DNA of 64,000 bases, from positions 96,001-160,000 of IMG/VR virus record IMGVR_UViG_3300025127_006147; one strand, 5' to 3'. The notes beneath the pieces were generated by a model, which had not been told where the DNA came from, made no database searches, and worked only from the letters and a program-made list of their open reading frames with translations. The translations under genes were made by a program, and so were the position numbers. This document shows positions 1 through 10,806 of this stretch, piece by piece (position 1 is the stretch's first letter; each line of letters opens with the position of its first letter). Source of the stretch: a virus.

Positions 1-1
1 A

Positions 2-1294
2 ACTACAGCAACTACAGTTATTGGAGATTACGTTATAGGTAGTAATCCTACAGACTACCCTAACGCTAATGAACACTTACTACTACCAGTCAATGATTCT
101 GATAAGTTTACTGACCTATATCAATGTACTGGAATGACAGCGACCACTAAGGTGTTCAATAAAAAGTTTACACCGTATATTGATACAGGATGTGTACAAC
201 TAAATAAGGATGATGAAATTAGATTAAGAATAAATATAGAGTGGGAAAACACTACAAAAAATAATACTATTGGTATTAGTAGTGGACTCACAGCTTCTAC
301 TATAAGTCTTAAAGTAGGGACTGACTACAGTGAGTCGATACCTAAAAGACCTTGGTTCCGAGTTATAAATAAAGAATGTAATGTTCCAGAAACTACAACC
401 TACCTTTATTGGCAAGCTAATGAAACTGGCCCAGTAAGTACTCAATTATACTCCAAAGGTGAAACAATACAACCGACACAGGGTAGTGAAGTAGGCAGAT
501 TAGTTTTTACCGATACTAAAGATAACTTAGATTACGTGACACCAAATATAAGAGTTAATAATCTTCAAAATTTAACATATTTTGACTTACCTAACGAAAC
601 AGATTATCAAGGAAATTTAAAATTAATTGAAACACAAAATAAAACAAATAATTGGGTACGTCAATTAGAAAATAATGAAATAAAAGACTTTAAAATAAAT
701 TCAGGTAAAATACTTAATGTGGAAAATAATATGGAGGTTAAATGGAACGTGCCAATACCAACTAGAAATAATGTAGATAGTATTAGTTTAGATGACCCAA
801 GATTTACTTTCCTAATAGAATCAAATGTTAAAGTTAAGGGTACTTTAAACGAATTTAAAATTTTAAATACTATTAAACCAGACTTTAAATCAGACACTAC
901 TAAAGAAGAGATGGTAGACGTAGAAACATTAATTAATTCTAATAATATTACTTACACATCTTCAAGACCTTTAGAAGAAAGAACTATAGGCTTTGATGAT
1001 AATAGGACTATAATTAGAGAAAAGATAGTCGCGGTAGAAAGTGTGATATATGATAAGAATACCCCTACGGCTGATAAAGAAAGGACACAATATTGTAAAT
1101 GTGGTGATTCTTCCTTTATTCCAGTACCTTACAATAGTACTGTGGGTTGTGACCAGTGGTGTTGTGTAAATAGTTATGAAAATTCTACCTACTATCCATG
1201 TAGAGAAAAAACAATAAACCAGTGGGCAAATGGTCTTAACCTTAAAAGGGTAATAGTTCCTAACCCTACAAATGGAATAATAAGAGGATTATAA
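2..1294 (+). CDS. Hypothetical, probably virion structural protein (5'-truncated)
   Basis: The frame of ORF 134..1294 is open back to position 2 (TTATTVIGDYVIGSNP...), so the real start lies upstream of the window. T/N-rich beta-type composition, Cys cluster at the C-terminus, at the head of the structural cluster. Confidence 0.6.
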   Translation, partial: TTATTVIGDYVIGSNPTDYPNANEHLLLPVNDSDKFTDLYQCTGMTATTKVFNKKFTPYIDTGCVQLNKDDEIRLRINIEWENTTKNNTIGISSGLTASTISLKVGTDYSESIPKRPWFRVINKECNVPETTTYLYWQANETGPVSTQLYSKGETIQPTQGSEVGRLVFTDTKDNLDYVTPNIRVNNLQNLTYFDLPNETDYQGNLKLIETQNKTNNWVRQLENNEIKDFKINSGKILNVENNMEVKWNVPIPTRNNVDSISLDDPRFTFLIESNVKVKGTLNEFKILNTIKPDFKSDTTKEEMVDVETLINSNNITYTSSRPLEERTIGFDDNRTIIREKIVAVESVIYDKNTPTADKERTQYCKCGDSSFIPVPYNSTVGCDQWCCVNSYENSTYYPCREKTINQWANGLNLKRVIVPNPTNGIIRGL

Positions 1295-1295
1295 A

Positions 1296-4200
1296 ATGGC
1301 TACTTATTTTACTGACCAGTTTGAGTTGAAGGAATGTGGAAGTTCAGCTAACCCATTTTTAGTTAGTTGGGACCAAACCAACTCTATTTTTAATTGTAGT
1401 GGGACTTTAAATAATATTACAATATCGGGAGGAACTCCCCCATATAAATTTCAATTAAGATACCCAGACGGTACAATTAGTAGTAATAGTACTAATTTAA
1501 CAAATTTGTGTGCGGGTCAATATACCGCTTTAACAACCGATTCTCTATTTTCTTCTACCACTAGTTTTATTACTATCCAAGACGGCACTACTGGAACATT
1601 AACAGCTTCACTAACTGATGACAGTTGTACTACTAACATAAACCAATTTTGTAAAATAGAGGTGACTAATTTTGTTCACCCGAACTCTCAAACTTTTACA
1701 TATCTTTTATATAAAGATAATAATTTATATGATACGTACCAGGGATTAACTGGAGATGAAGCTCACGTATTTTCTAACTTACCTCACGGTAGTTATACCC
1801 TAACTGCTTATGATGGTAATAGTACATCACAAACTAGCCAAAAAACAGAATTATGTACATGTTTAGATGGTTACACTTTAGATTCATCTGTGGGGTATGG
1901 AAAAGTAGTAAATACTTACACTGGTTTATCAGCTAATCATATAGTAAGAGATTTTAGACGTTACAACCTATATAATAGATATTTTGTTAATTTCGCTAAA
2001 ACTGGTGGAGGACCACCTTTTACTGGTTGGGGTCCAAAAAATTTACCTCCATTTAACACAGTTCCTCATCCTCTAGTTTTTGATAGTGGAGTTAACTATG
2101 ATGGTAATATAAAGGTAGACGACCCATATGTCTGGTTATACACTGGAGAAACTTCTACCAGACAAACGGAAAACACAGTAGATTGGTATTTAGGTACTTA
2201 TGCTTTAGATATGGTAGACGGTGATAATGTAGGCCCTGCTGGTTATACTACAGAGGCAGATGTAGGTAAATTCTATTATAATACTATAATAAATAAATTC
2301 GTTTATAGAAATAGAGTGGGTACCACTAATAATAGTTGGTATACAATTAATTCTACAGCTAATAGAGGGCAAAACGTTTATCCCATCGCTACTCCTGGTG
2401 CTATTTTTCCTATAATTACAGGTTCTACCACATATGACAGTATTAGTGTACCCGCGACTACATACATGGGTTATACTGTAACAGGAGCAACTAATGATGT
2501 GGTACAGTGGAATACGTTAGCTTCAGGAACCGACGCTCTAGAAATAGATACAAATACTAATATACCACTTTTCTTAGTGAGTCCTTGTAAATACTTAAAT
2601 TATGTTCATGAAGTTTCATTAGGTTCAAACGATAATGACGATGACAGCATTGGGTTAGTGTTAGCGACTTTTATAGATACTAACGGTTTATACGGACCTA
2701 AAGGTATACCCCACCAACTCACATTTAATTTTAATAATGCAAGTTTATTTGGTGATAACGTAACAGTTAATTATAATGCACATGGAAATTCCGCTTACGC
2801 TTTTTCAGATAAAAATAGACGTACTGTAGATTGTGGTTATGGTAGTATAACTGGATGTAGTACTAATGGGGGTGTTACACCTATAACTGGAATTAGTACT
2901 ACTATAATAAGTAATAATTATGATAAATCACCTTTTAATTCTAATAATTATAACGTACAAGGCACTACGCGTGTAAGAGTAGAACGTTCAGGATTCCTAG
3001 GTGAAAACTTTAACATCAAAATAACTGATTTGATGAGGGATACGGATGTCGGTACTCAAAAACCTTACAATAGTGATTATGAAATTGATTTTAATATCTT
3101 AGATAAGAGTACTTGGGTTGGAAATAATAGAAAAGCAGCATATTATGCGGAGGAAAAAGACTTATATAAATTTTTAGGTTCACAAAGTATCGGATATTTC
3201 CAAGGTTCACAAGAAAATTCAATTTTCTATAACATAAGTTTTACAGGTACACAAAGTAATTATAATTTTACTTCCCTTTTATTTGGTGGTAGTGATTCCA
3301 TAAATTTTGAATTAGGTAATGCAGATTTAGATGGTGTTAACATGTCTACTAGTCAAGCACTTAACTTTTATAATTCATTGGGTGCTGGTGGTGAAGTAGG
3401 TAACCCTACTATCCCGAAAGTAACACCAATCCCAACAGTTTTAATGCAGACCACTCAAATACCAATAATGGAGACTACTGGAGGAACAAAAATATCTGCA
3501 TCTACAGAAGATTATATAATTTATAGTGAAATAGAAGTAGAACCAGGTAAAGAAGAACCATGTGTCGAATTTAATTTTACGTGGACAAAAAATACCACTG
3601 ACCTTTTAAGTGGTAATATGGTACCTTACTATTCTTTACATCCTTATGTACCGGAAGAAAGAGCATTTAATAAAGGTGCTTCTATGACTAGAATATTTGA
3701 CAACCCACAAGGTCGAAAAACTATAACAACTAATAACAATCAAGTAATTGGAGAAGGGTTAGAAGCTAGTGATTGTATTAAATTAAGTGAAATAGGTGCT
3801 GGGTCAGAATTCTTAATTAAACCAAACTATGTTTTTAAAGATAAGTTAAAAAATATAAAAAATACTCCTTGTAATATTATTGCCGAATCCTTAACTGGAA
3901 CTACTACTGGTATCACCCAAACAGAAAAATGGTACGATACTTTTGACCCAAATCCAGATTTTAAAATAGTTGGAAATAATGATTCCACTGGAATATTTAG
4001 TTGGGAAACCGATGGGGAAGTTAATACTAGACAATATGGTTTGTATGATAGTACTACAGATTTTTACTTTTTAGTTAAACCACCAAAACCAGAAATTAAT
4101 TTAGAAACTAACGACATCTTATATGGAATTAACAACAGTTGTGGAAAATTAGCTTCACAACAAATAGTAGTTTCCACAGCATCTGGAACTACAGGCACTA

Positions 4201-5132
4201 CCCTTTCACCTTTAGTATTTTCTGGACAACCTTATACTGTCACTCTAGATTTTCCTGCTGCGGGACCATTACAGGTAACTTTAAATGGTTTAACATTATT
4301 TGCTTCAGCAGAATCAGATTTATCAGATGGTGGTGATTATTATTTTGATGGCACTAGTCAAATTAAATTTAGACCAGATACAATACAGGGAGACGATTTA
4401 ATAAATATCATATACGTTCCAGGTACCTTTGAAAGGTCTTATTATTACGATAGTTATATTGTCCCATCTTCAGTTCCTAACGTTAGTGGAGGGACAGATG
4501 TGTCAGGTAATACCCTCTACACTAATGGGTATTACTATTTCTTTAAAACCACACATACACCAATAGGTGACGTAGGCATAACTTTAAATGGTACAGTTCT
4601 TTCCCCTAATGATGATTATAAATTAATAGATAACAATATAATCCAATTTACGGGAATTCAATATCCTGACGGGCTAACAGAGAATGATATTATAGGACAG
4701 TTCTATTTTACCAAGTTTAATTTATTGGGAGCTGCAGGAACTAAAAATCCAAAAATAAATCTTATAGTTGCACCATCCACATACTACACCTATGAAATAT
4801 TATTGATAGTTAGAGATGAATTAAACACTATAGTTTATACACAAACAGAAATGTGTGAACCCAATGAATATAAAGACATTACAGCTTTAACAAATGCACA
4901 AAACCAGGACCAACTATATGAAGGAGTTGAAAAAACATTTACTGTAAGTGTTCCAGAACCAGGTACATACACTTATAGTTTTGTAACAACCACAATTTAC
5001 ACACTAATAAATGGTGACACTATAAGTGACAGTAGTGTGTCAGAAAGTTACAGTTTTTCTATTAGTGCCGCTATATTTTATGAAGTAGAGGGAGACAATA
5101 CAATAAACATAACACCAAGTAGTACATATTAA
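1296..5132 (+). CDS. Large virion/tail-associated protein with an N-terminal SprB-like repeat
   Basis: 1278 aa. ISGGTPPYKF...LTNLCAGQYTALTTDS resembles a SprB repeat. Two C-terminal VTLNG.....DY..I.F repeats are typical of phage tail proteins. Confidence 0.6.
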   Translation: MATYFTDQFELKECGSSANPFLVSWDQTNSIFNCSGTLNNITISGGTPPYKFQLRYPDGTISSNSTNLTNLCAGQYTALTTDSLFSSTTSFITIQDGTTGTLTASLTDDSCTTNINQFCKIEVTNFVHPNSQTFTYLLYKDNNLYDTYQGLTGDEAHVFSNLPHGSYTLTAYDGNSTSQTSQKTELCTCLDGYTLDSSVGYGKVVNTYTGLSANHIVRDFRRYNLYNRYFVNFAKTGGGPPFTGWGPKNLPPFNTVPHPLVFDSGVNYDGNIKVDDPYVWLYTGETSTRQTENTVDWYLGTYALDMVDGDNVGPAGYTTEADVGKFYYNTIINKFVYRNRVGTTNNSWYTINSTANRGQNVYPIATPGAIFPIITGSTTYDSISVPATTYMGYTVTGATNDVVQWNTLASGTDALEIDTNTNIPLFLVSPCKYLNYVHEVSLGSNDNDDDSIGLVLATFIDTNGLYGPKGIPHQLTFNFNNASLFGDNVTVNYNAHGNSAYAFSDKNRRTVDCGYGSITGCSTNGGVTPITGISTTIISNNYDKSPFNSNNYNVQGTTRVRVERSGFLGENFNIKITDLMRDTDVGTQKPYNSDYEIDFNILDKSTWVGNNRKAAYYAEEKDLYKFLGSQSIGYFQGSQENSIFYNISFTGTQSNYNFTSLLFGGSDSINFELGNADLDGVNMSTSQALNFYNSLGAGGEVGNPTIPKVTPIPTVLMQTTQIPIMETTGGTKISASTEDYIIYSEIEVEPGKEEPCVEFNFTWTKNTTDLLSGNMVPYYSLHPYVPEERAFNKGASMTRIFDNPQGRKTITTNNNQVIGEGLEASDCIKLSEIGAGSEFLIKPNYVFKDKLKNIKNTPCNIIAESLTGTTTGITQTEKWYDTFDPNPDFKIVGNNDSTGIFSWETDGEVNTRQYGLYDSTTDFYFLVKPPKPEINLETNDILYGINNSCGKLASQQIVVSTASGTTGTTLSPLVFSGQPYTVTLDFPAAGPLQVTLNGLTLFASAESDLSDGGDYYFDGTSQIKFRPDTIQGDDLINIIYVPGTFERSYYYDSYIVPSSVPNVSGGTDVSGNTLYTNGYYYFFKTTHTPIGDVGITLNGTVLSPNDDYKLIDNNIIQFTGIQYPDGLTENDIIGQFYFTKFNLLGAAGTKNPKINLIVAPSTYYTYEILLIVRDELNTIVYTQTEMCEPNEYKDITALTNAQNQDQLYEGVEKTFTVSVPEPGTYTYSFVTTTIYTLINGDTISDSSVSESYSFSISAAIFYEVEGDNTINITPSSTY

Positions 5133-5153
5133 CATTAAAACTACTAACATTAA

Positions 5154-5161
5154 TATTTATA
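5154..5161 (+). promoter_or_regulatory. Putative late-promoter motif TATTTATA
   Basis: 13 nt before the ATG at 5175; the same motif precedes many other genes (see findings). Confidence 0.5.
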
Positions 5162-5174
5162 AATAAAAAAAACA

Positions 5175-7640
5175 ATGGGAACAGGATACATATCAAAAAC
5201 AGGAAGCAGTGGTCTAATATCGGTAAGACTTACTGACGCCGGAAGAAAAAAATTATCACAAGGTCAATTAGCTTTGACCAAATTCCAATTAGGGGATAGT
5301 GAGTTTTGTTACAACTGTTATACACAAGTACTAACACAAAGTAATGGAATTTTTATTATTGAACCTAAATGGAATTCACAAAACATTTCTAATATATCGT
5401 ATGAATTAAATAAAATGAACGTCAAATATCCGATTCCGTTATCTGATGTTAGTTCAGCACAAACTTATGGTGTATTACAACCCCAACCTACCGAGAATCC
5501 TGTTTTTAATACTGCTAGACCTAGAGGTTTCTTTTCAGGTAATACCTCCACATCTTATTCTGCGATAACTACTTCTGAATATGTATATGGTGCTAACTGG
5601 TGTGTACCATTTAGTGGTTTAACTGGAGGTAGTCAAATGTTAATTGTGAGTGGAGCTTGTAATTCCATTAATTACACTCCAACCGTAGGTGATTTAATTA
5701 TGGTGCAGTATTTTGGTCCGTACCAAGATACAGTTGCGGACTGTAATGAAAGTCATTTAAATATACCTCAAAATAATCCAGTCCCTTATCTATTTTATAA
5801 TGTGGTATCTGCAACCACAAATACTTCAGGTGTTCCTGTTATTACAAGTGCTAATACAGGTACTACAGTTTTCGTTAATGTAGATAGAAATATACCTGAT
5901 TTTACTATGTATAGTACTAATGGTTTATGTGCTAAAATATTAATTTATCCTAAGGGTAATATGTTAAATTTCTATGGTGCTGACACACCAATACCTTACT
6001 GGTCACCAGGTTCACTTTCATTTGATAATAACTGTGATGTCTCAGTTAAAGATGTAAATGTTTGGAACATGAATATAAACTGGACCCAATATTACGATAA
6101 TAATTTAAATTGGGGAACTGTAGCGGGGACTAATAATAATACTTATGAAGATGTTAACGAATACGGCTCAAGTGGATATTGTGGTACTAAAGAATACTTA
6201 GGTTATAATAATTTTGAGGGACAATTTGATAGTACTAACATGCCTGATTACTACGGGTCCATTCCTGTTTTAGGATATAGTCCACAATTTTCTGGAACCT
6301 ATGTTAGAGATTCATTTGGTAATGTTAGAAGTATAGTCCCAGAGGACCAAAGATGTATAGCTGTTCTCCATTATACTAATGAAACTATATCTAACTTCTA
6401 TGGTGAAAAATTTGCCTTAATGAGAACAGGAGAAGGTGGAGCTAATGGAGTGGGTGAAATGCAAAACTTTAAAATACACATGCCTACGTTAATGTGGCAT
6501 AAGAAAAAAGGAGGAAATAGTGGTTCTGGTACTGGTACTGGTTTAGGTGACGAATGTACTATAGGACAAACTTTTTATGTACAACCTCCAGGATATGAAA
6601 ATGTGGCTCAAGTAGAATATATAGCCTCGACAGTAAATCCAGATATGAATGAACCAGGTATAAGATATTACCATTTATGGGATGACAACTTAGCCGCTAC
6701 TTCTGGTACTACCGCAGTACCTAATAGGGTGGGTAAAGTATTCCCTGATTTACAAATGATAACCATTGACGACCAAGAGTTGGTTGCGTCTATGAGTTAT
6801 AAGTCTAACAGAAATTGGACTCTACCAATGCCTAAATTGGAATTGATTCCTGAAAATACAGCTAATTGTATTACACCACCTTCTTGTACTGGAGGTTTCT
6901 TTAGTAGTGGAGGAGGAGTCTCAATACCTAATAGTGAACAAGTGTGGATTAGTTATTTATTAGAAAGTACTTCAGGGTACACTACTGGTCTTCACTGTAA
7001 CTATTACCCATATATTGTAGGTGATACTACCACTGGAGCAAAAGATGTTTCAATTCAGTTTGGTAGTGAATTCCCATTTTTAAGAGAGTACGATAATGAA
7101 TTATGTATACCGTTCTCAGGTTCTGGTATCCAAGTAGATAAATTCCACGTACTTTACCAAAAAACCGATTTAGGTGCTCCACCTGACCCATCTTTATGGT
7201 CTAAAATTGACATGACTTCTAGTATAGTTGGGCATACGGTAGGGCAACCTATTAGGGCGACTGGTCTAACCTCAACAGCGTTCTATTTAACTTGTGATAC
7301 ATTATTAAGTGCTAGTACATACAACTTACACGATTACATTAATATACCGTTAAATAATGGACAAGAACCTAATAGTTTACAATTTGGTGACGAATACTTC
7401 TTCTATGGTAATTTAGAAAGTGACATAATGGCTACGATATATGAAATGAGATATGGAATTACTTTAGCACCAGGACAATTTACGACATCCTTAAATCCAA
7501 GTTGGGATAGTAATAATTTAGTAAGAATAACAGAAATTGGTTTATATGACAATACTAGTGATTTAATGGCAATCGCAAAACTTAAAAATCCAACTTTAAG
7601 AACAGGTGCTCAAACATTCCAGATAAAAATAGATTTTTAA
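5175..7640 (+). CDS. Tail-collar (DUF3751-like) baseplate/fibre protein with a large internal insertion
   Basis: N-terminal VRLTDAGRKKLSQGQLALTKFQLGDS and C-terminal VRITEIGLYDNTSDLMAIAK match the two ends of the P2 gpH-type tail-collar domain. Confidence 0.6.
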   Translation: MGTGYISKTGSSGLISVRLTDAGRKKLSQGQLALTKFQLGDSEFCYNCYTQVLTQSNGIFIIEPKWNSQNISNISYELNKMNVKYPIPLSDVSSAQTYGVLQPQPTENPVFNTARPRGFFSGNTSTSYSAITTSEYVYGANWCVPFSGLTGGSQMLIVSGACNSINYTPTVGDLIMVQYFGPYQDTVADCNESHLNIPQNNPVPYLFYNVVSATTNTSGVPVITSANTGTTVFVNVDRNIPDFTMYSTNGLCAKILIYPKGNMLNFYGADTPIPYWSPGSLSFDNNCDVSVKDVNVWNMNINWTQYYDNNLNWGTVAGTNNNTYEDVNEYGSSGYCGTKEYLGYNNFEGQFDSTNMPDYYGSIPVLGYSPQFSGTYVRDSFGNVRSIVPEDQRCIAVLHYTNETISNFYGEKFALMRTGEGGANGVGEMQNFKIHMPTLMWHKKKGGNSGSGTGTGLGDECTIGQTFYVQPPGYENVAQVEYIASTVNPDMNEPGIRYYHLWDDNLAATSGTTAVPNRVGKVFPDLQMITIDDQELVASMSYKSNRNWTLPMPKLELIPENTANCITPPSCTGGFFSSGGGVSIPNSEQVWISYLLESTSGYTTGLHCNYYPYIVGDTTTGAKDVSIQFGSEFPFLREYDNELCIPFSGSGIQVDKFHVLYQKTDLGAPPDPSLWSKIDMTSSIVGHTVGQPIRATGLTSTAFYLTCDTLLSASTYNLHDYINIPLNNGQEPNSLQFGDEYFFYGNLESDIMATIYEMRYGITLAPGQFTTSLNPSWDSNNLVRITEIGLYDNTSDLMAIAKLKNPTLRTGAQTFQIKIDF

Positions 7641-7652
7641 AAAATATAATTG

Positions 7653-10600
7653 ATGGGGTTTTTAGGAAATCTAGATAAAATAAACACTCTTGAAATGTTC
7701 CTTACCGATAAGGGAAAGGAACTAATGCTAAAAGAAAATGGTTTAGGTCTTTACGATTTAATTTCCAGATTTAGTTTAGATGATGCTGATTATGATTATA
7801 GAAGGACAAGTAATGTTTGGGTAGACGGAATATCACCTGTTCCAGACGGAAGTTTACTTCCCTTTGGTACTACTCAGGGTCTTACTAATAATAGTGGTGG
7901 TCCAGTGTGGTTTGATGATTTAAGTGTTAATAACCCATGTAGGTCTTGTGATGGTACTGATTGTGCACCCTTATCAGGTGATTGTTGGTATGATATGCCA
8001 GATGTTAGAGGTGATAGGGGTACTAAAATAATTAGTTGTTTTTCAGAGACTGGTCAAACACAAGGAGTCAAAGCTTGTACTAATATATATGCATTTTACG
8101 ATGTCACTTCCGTATCAAGAACTGATGCAGACGCAGCTAAATCAGGTCTAGAATCTTGGTTTAGTACAGTAAGTTCAACTACAGCTAATTACGTAGGTAA
8201 ACTATTTCATATTGCCGTATTTGGTGAAAGATGGATAAATACAAGTTGGTATCCATGGAATGGAAAATTAGATGCTTGGGAATGGACACCGTGTGGCAAT
8301 GGTGAACCTGGTTCACCTTTAGGGTATGCTTGTGGTGGTAATAGTTCTACTTTCTTAGGACAAGTTTCTGGACCTTTTGACACTACTGGAGAATACCCTC
8401 TCTACCCAGACCCTATAACTGGTTTATATTTACAAGCAGATAATGGTACCAATTCCGGTGTCGGTACTGGGAATTGGAGTGGATTTAACGTATTACCTCC
8501 TAATGCTAGTGTTAGTAATTACGGTAATGGTACTGGTGGAATAGCAGAATTTTGGACTACTGGATGTACTTTAGTAAATGAACGTGCTAAGATGTATGAC
8601 TATAACCCTCAGTCTGTAGATGTTCTTTTTGATGTGGGTATGACAGCTTATACAAATGATGCTTCCGGTATAGTTTTTGCTACAACTGCTTTTACAGGTA
8701 CTCTTTTTAGTGGTTACACACCTAATGATTTTACTATAACTACTGGAGGAGGACTTCCTCCCGCTACTTCAAGTAATACCTTATTTGGTCAATTACCTAT
8801 AAATTTATGTGAGGATAATTGTTGTCCTGATAAAGATTATACGGGACCTGGACTCTTTGGGTGTCAAGAATGTAACCCATTTGATAACACAATTACTAGT
8901 GGAAGAATTTATAAATACTCTAATAAAGCACAAAAATGGACAAGTATAGTTACAGGTGCCACACCTTATACTGCAGGTACAACAGATTTAATTTTAACAC
9001 AAAGTACAGCTGATTGTGTTAAGTATCGAGGAATGGACCGTAATGTCTTGGTGGTTGATGTATTTGATGAAACCCAAGGTGGGGAAGACCAGGCTAATTC
9101 TAGTGCAAGAATGGCTGGTATATTACCTTTAGGAAGTAAACAATATTATAACGGTACAGATGGTAACGCGGCTAATTTAAACACTACTGTGTTGGGAGAC
9201 CTTGGCGGCGAAAATGCTGCCACTTGGGGTATAAATGATAATACTGGATATCATGGAAAAGGTACTACAGGTCAACCCCCAACCCTAACAGATAACTGGG
9301 GTATATACCTTCCAGGTAATCAAATTCAGGCGAGACAACAACAACCAACAGAAGATTGGAAATATTCTCAAGATTTATTTTTAAAGACACACGGATTATA
9401 TGAAAACTTTCAAGGATTTATCTACCCTGTAATACCTTTAACTTCAGGACCTACTGCTACTAGTTCTAAAATGGTTTTCCCACTTCACTTATACGGTGCT
9501 TTATATGGGGAAGTTGTACCAGTTGCTGAGTTTGAAGATAACCCTACCGTAGTAGCAATGGGTGGTACCTTATCTGCCTGTACTATTACTAATGATTACG
9601 ATGTGTTAATACCTGTTACTTATGACCCTAGTGGTGTAGTAGTAAGTACACAAAATACAGAGTACAATTGGGAACCTTTTAATTCAGCACAATTTACATC
9701 AGCTGAAGCCATAACTCCCCTATTCCCATATACAAAAGGAATGAGAAACTTTGGTTGGGATTTCAACCCAACAGTAGGTTGTTCATCACTACCTTGTAAT
9801 GTGGGTGATATATTTAGTGGAGGAACCTTCCAAAATGACCTAAACAGTTTCATTACTGGGTCAAGTTTCTTTATAACTACAATTTTAACTGCTTGTACTG
9901 AGTGCCAATGTTTACCAGCGGTTTTCATTAATAAAAAAGGTCCTATTGAAGTGGTTGATGATGGGTGTCCTTGTCCTGATGGTACCATTAGTCAAGCGTG
10001 TTGTGATGGTGGACCAGGTGGACCTGACCCAGACCCAGACCCAGATAATCCTATAACACAAGGGATATGTGGACCATTACCATCTTCCCCTACTCATGGT
10101 GGAGGAGCTTCCCAAATTATAGGACAATCAGGTGTAAGTACCTTACCACCTAAGGAACCAATAGATGATACCTATGTACCTAAATCATATACCAATTTTA
10201 GAAGTGGTATTGAAGATTCTAATACTGGTATTGGAGCAAATCTACCACCACTAAAAACAACTTCTACTTTCCATAACTATAGTTCTTTTTATACGGTAGA
10301 TTTTAACATTAACTTACAACAGTATTATGAAAAAGATAAATTAAAATGGGATGTAGAATTTGAGAGTACTTCACGATATGGAGACTATTTAATACAAGAA
10401 GGTGACGGGTCTAAATTTTATTGGATTGTAAGTTCAGGTTATAAAACATCTAAATTGAATCCAAAAGAAACAAAAGCATGTATTAGTCCAACGATAGCTA
10501 CAATTAACTTGAATAAAAGAAATACACAAGGGATTAATATAGCTTATTTAAGAGGTTATTGGAACGAATCTCAAATGGATAATTACACTAGTATTGACAC

Positions 10601-10751
10601 CACTTATGATGTAGTTGATGACGACCCAGTAAAGAAATATGAATTTTGTGTGACAATGGTTTACACGTATAGAAGTAAATTACTTAAAAAGACTAAAAGG
10701 TTTAGTGTTACTGGTAATCAGTATGGGTACAAATTAAATGTTAAGACATAA
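7653..10751 (+). CDS. Large Cys/Gly/Thr-rich virion protein with a tail-collar-like N-terminal half
   Basis: MFLTDKGKELML...ISRFSLDDADYDYR is paralogous to the N-termini of 5175 and 10807; PDPDPDPD linker; ATG at 7653 preferred over TTG at 7650. Confidence 0.55.
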   Translation: MGFLGNLDKINTLEMFLTDKGKELMLKENGLGLYDLISRFSLDDADYDYRRTSNVWVDGISPVPDGSLLPFGTTQGLTNNSGGPVWFDDLSVNNPCRSCDGTDCAPLSGDCWYDMPDVRGDRGTKIISCFSETGQTQGVKACTNIYAFYDVTSVSRTDADAAKSGLESWFSTVSSTTANYVGKLFHIAVFGERWINTSWYPWNGKLDAWEWTPCGNGEPGSPLGYACGGNSSTFLGQVSGPFDTTGEYPLYPDPITGLYLQADNGTNSGVGTGNWSGFNVLPPNASVSNYGNGTGGIAEFWTTGCTLVNERAKMYDYNPQSVDVLFDVGMTAYTNDASGIVFATTAFTGTLFSGYTPNDFTITTGGGLPPATSSNTLFGQLPINLCEDNCCPDKDYTGPGLFGCQECNPFDNTITSGRIYKYSNKAQKWTSIVTGATPYTAGTTDLILTQSTADCVKYRGMDRNVLVVDVFDETQGGEDQANSSARMAGILPLGSKQYYNGTDGNAANLNTTVLGDLGGENAATWGINDNTGYHGKGTTGQPPTLTDNWGIYLPGNQIQARQQQPTEDWKYSQDLFLKTHGLYENFQGFIYPVIPLTSGPTATSSKMVFPLHLYGALYGEVVPVAEFEDNPTVVAMGGTLSACTITNDYDVLIPVTYDPSGVVVSTQNTEYNWEPFNSAQFTSAEAITPLFPYTKGMRNFGWDFNPTVGCSSLPCNVGDIFSGGTFQNDLNSFITGSSFFITTILTACTECQCLPAVFINKKGPIEVVDDGCPCPDGTISQACCDGGPGGPDPDPDPDNPITQGICGPLPSSPTHGGGASQIIGQSGVSTLPPKEPIDDTYVPKSYTNFRSGIEDSNTGIGANLPPLKTTSTFHNYSSFYTVDFNINLQQYYEKDKLKWDVEFESTSRYGDYLIQEGDGSKFYWIVSSGYKTSKLNPKETKACISPTIATINLNKRNTQGINIAYLRGYWNESQMDNYTSIDTTYDVVDDDPVKKYEFCVTMVYTYRSKLLKKTKRFSVTGNQYGYKLNVKT

Positions 10752-10754
10752 TGG

Positions 10755-10782
10755 TTTACATTCAAGAAATAAAAATTAAGAT
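10755..10782 (+). promoter_or_regulatory. Possible sigma70-like promoter TTTACA-N16-TAAGAT
   Basis: In the intergenic gap before 10807. Confidence 0.3.
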
Positions 10783-10806
10783 AATTATATAATAAGAAAC
10801 AATAAA

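Noticed and set aside
10021-10045. GACCCA hexamer repeat
   Set aside because: It simply encodes a PDPDPD linker in the virion protein.
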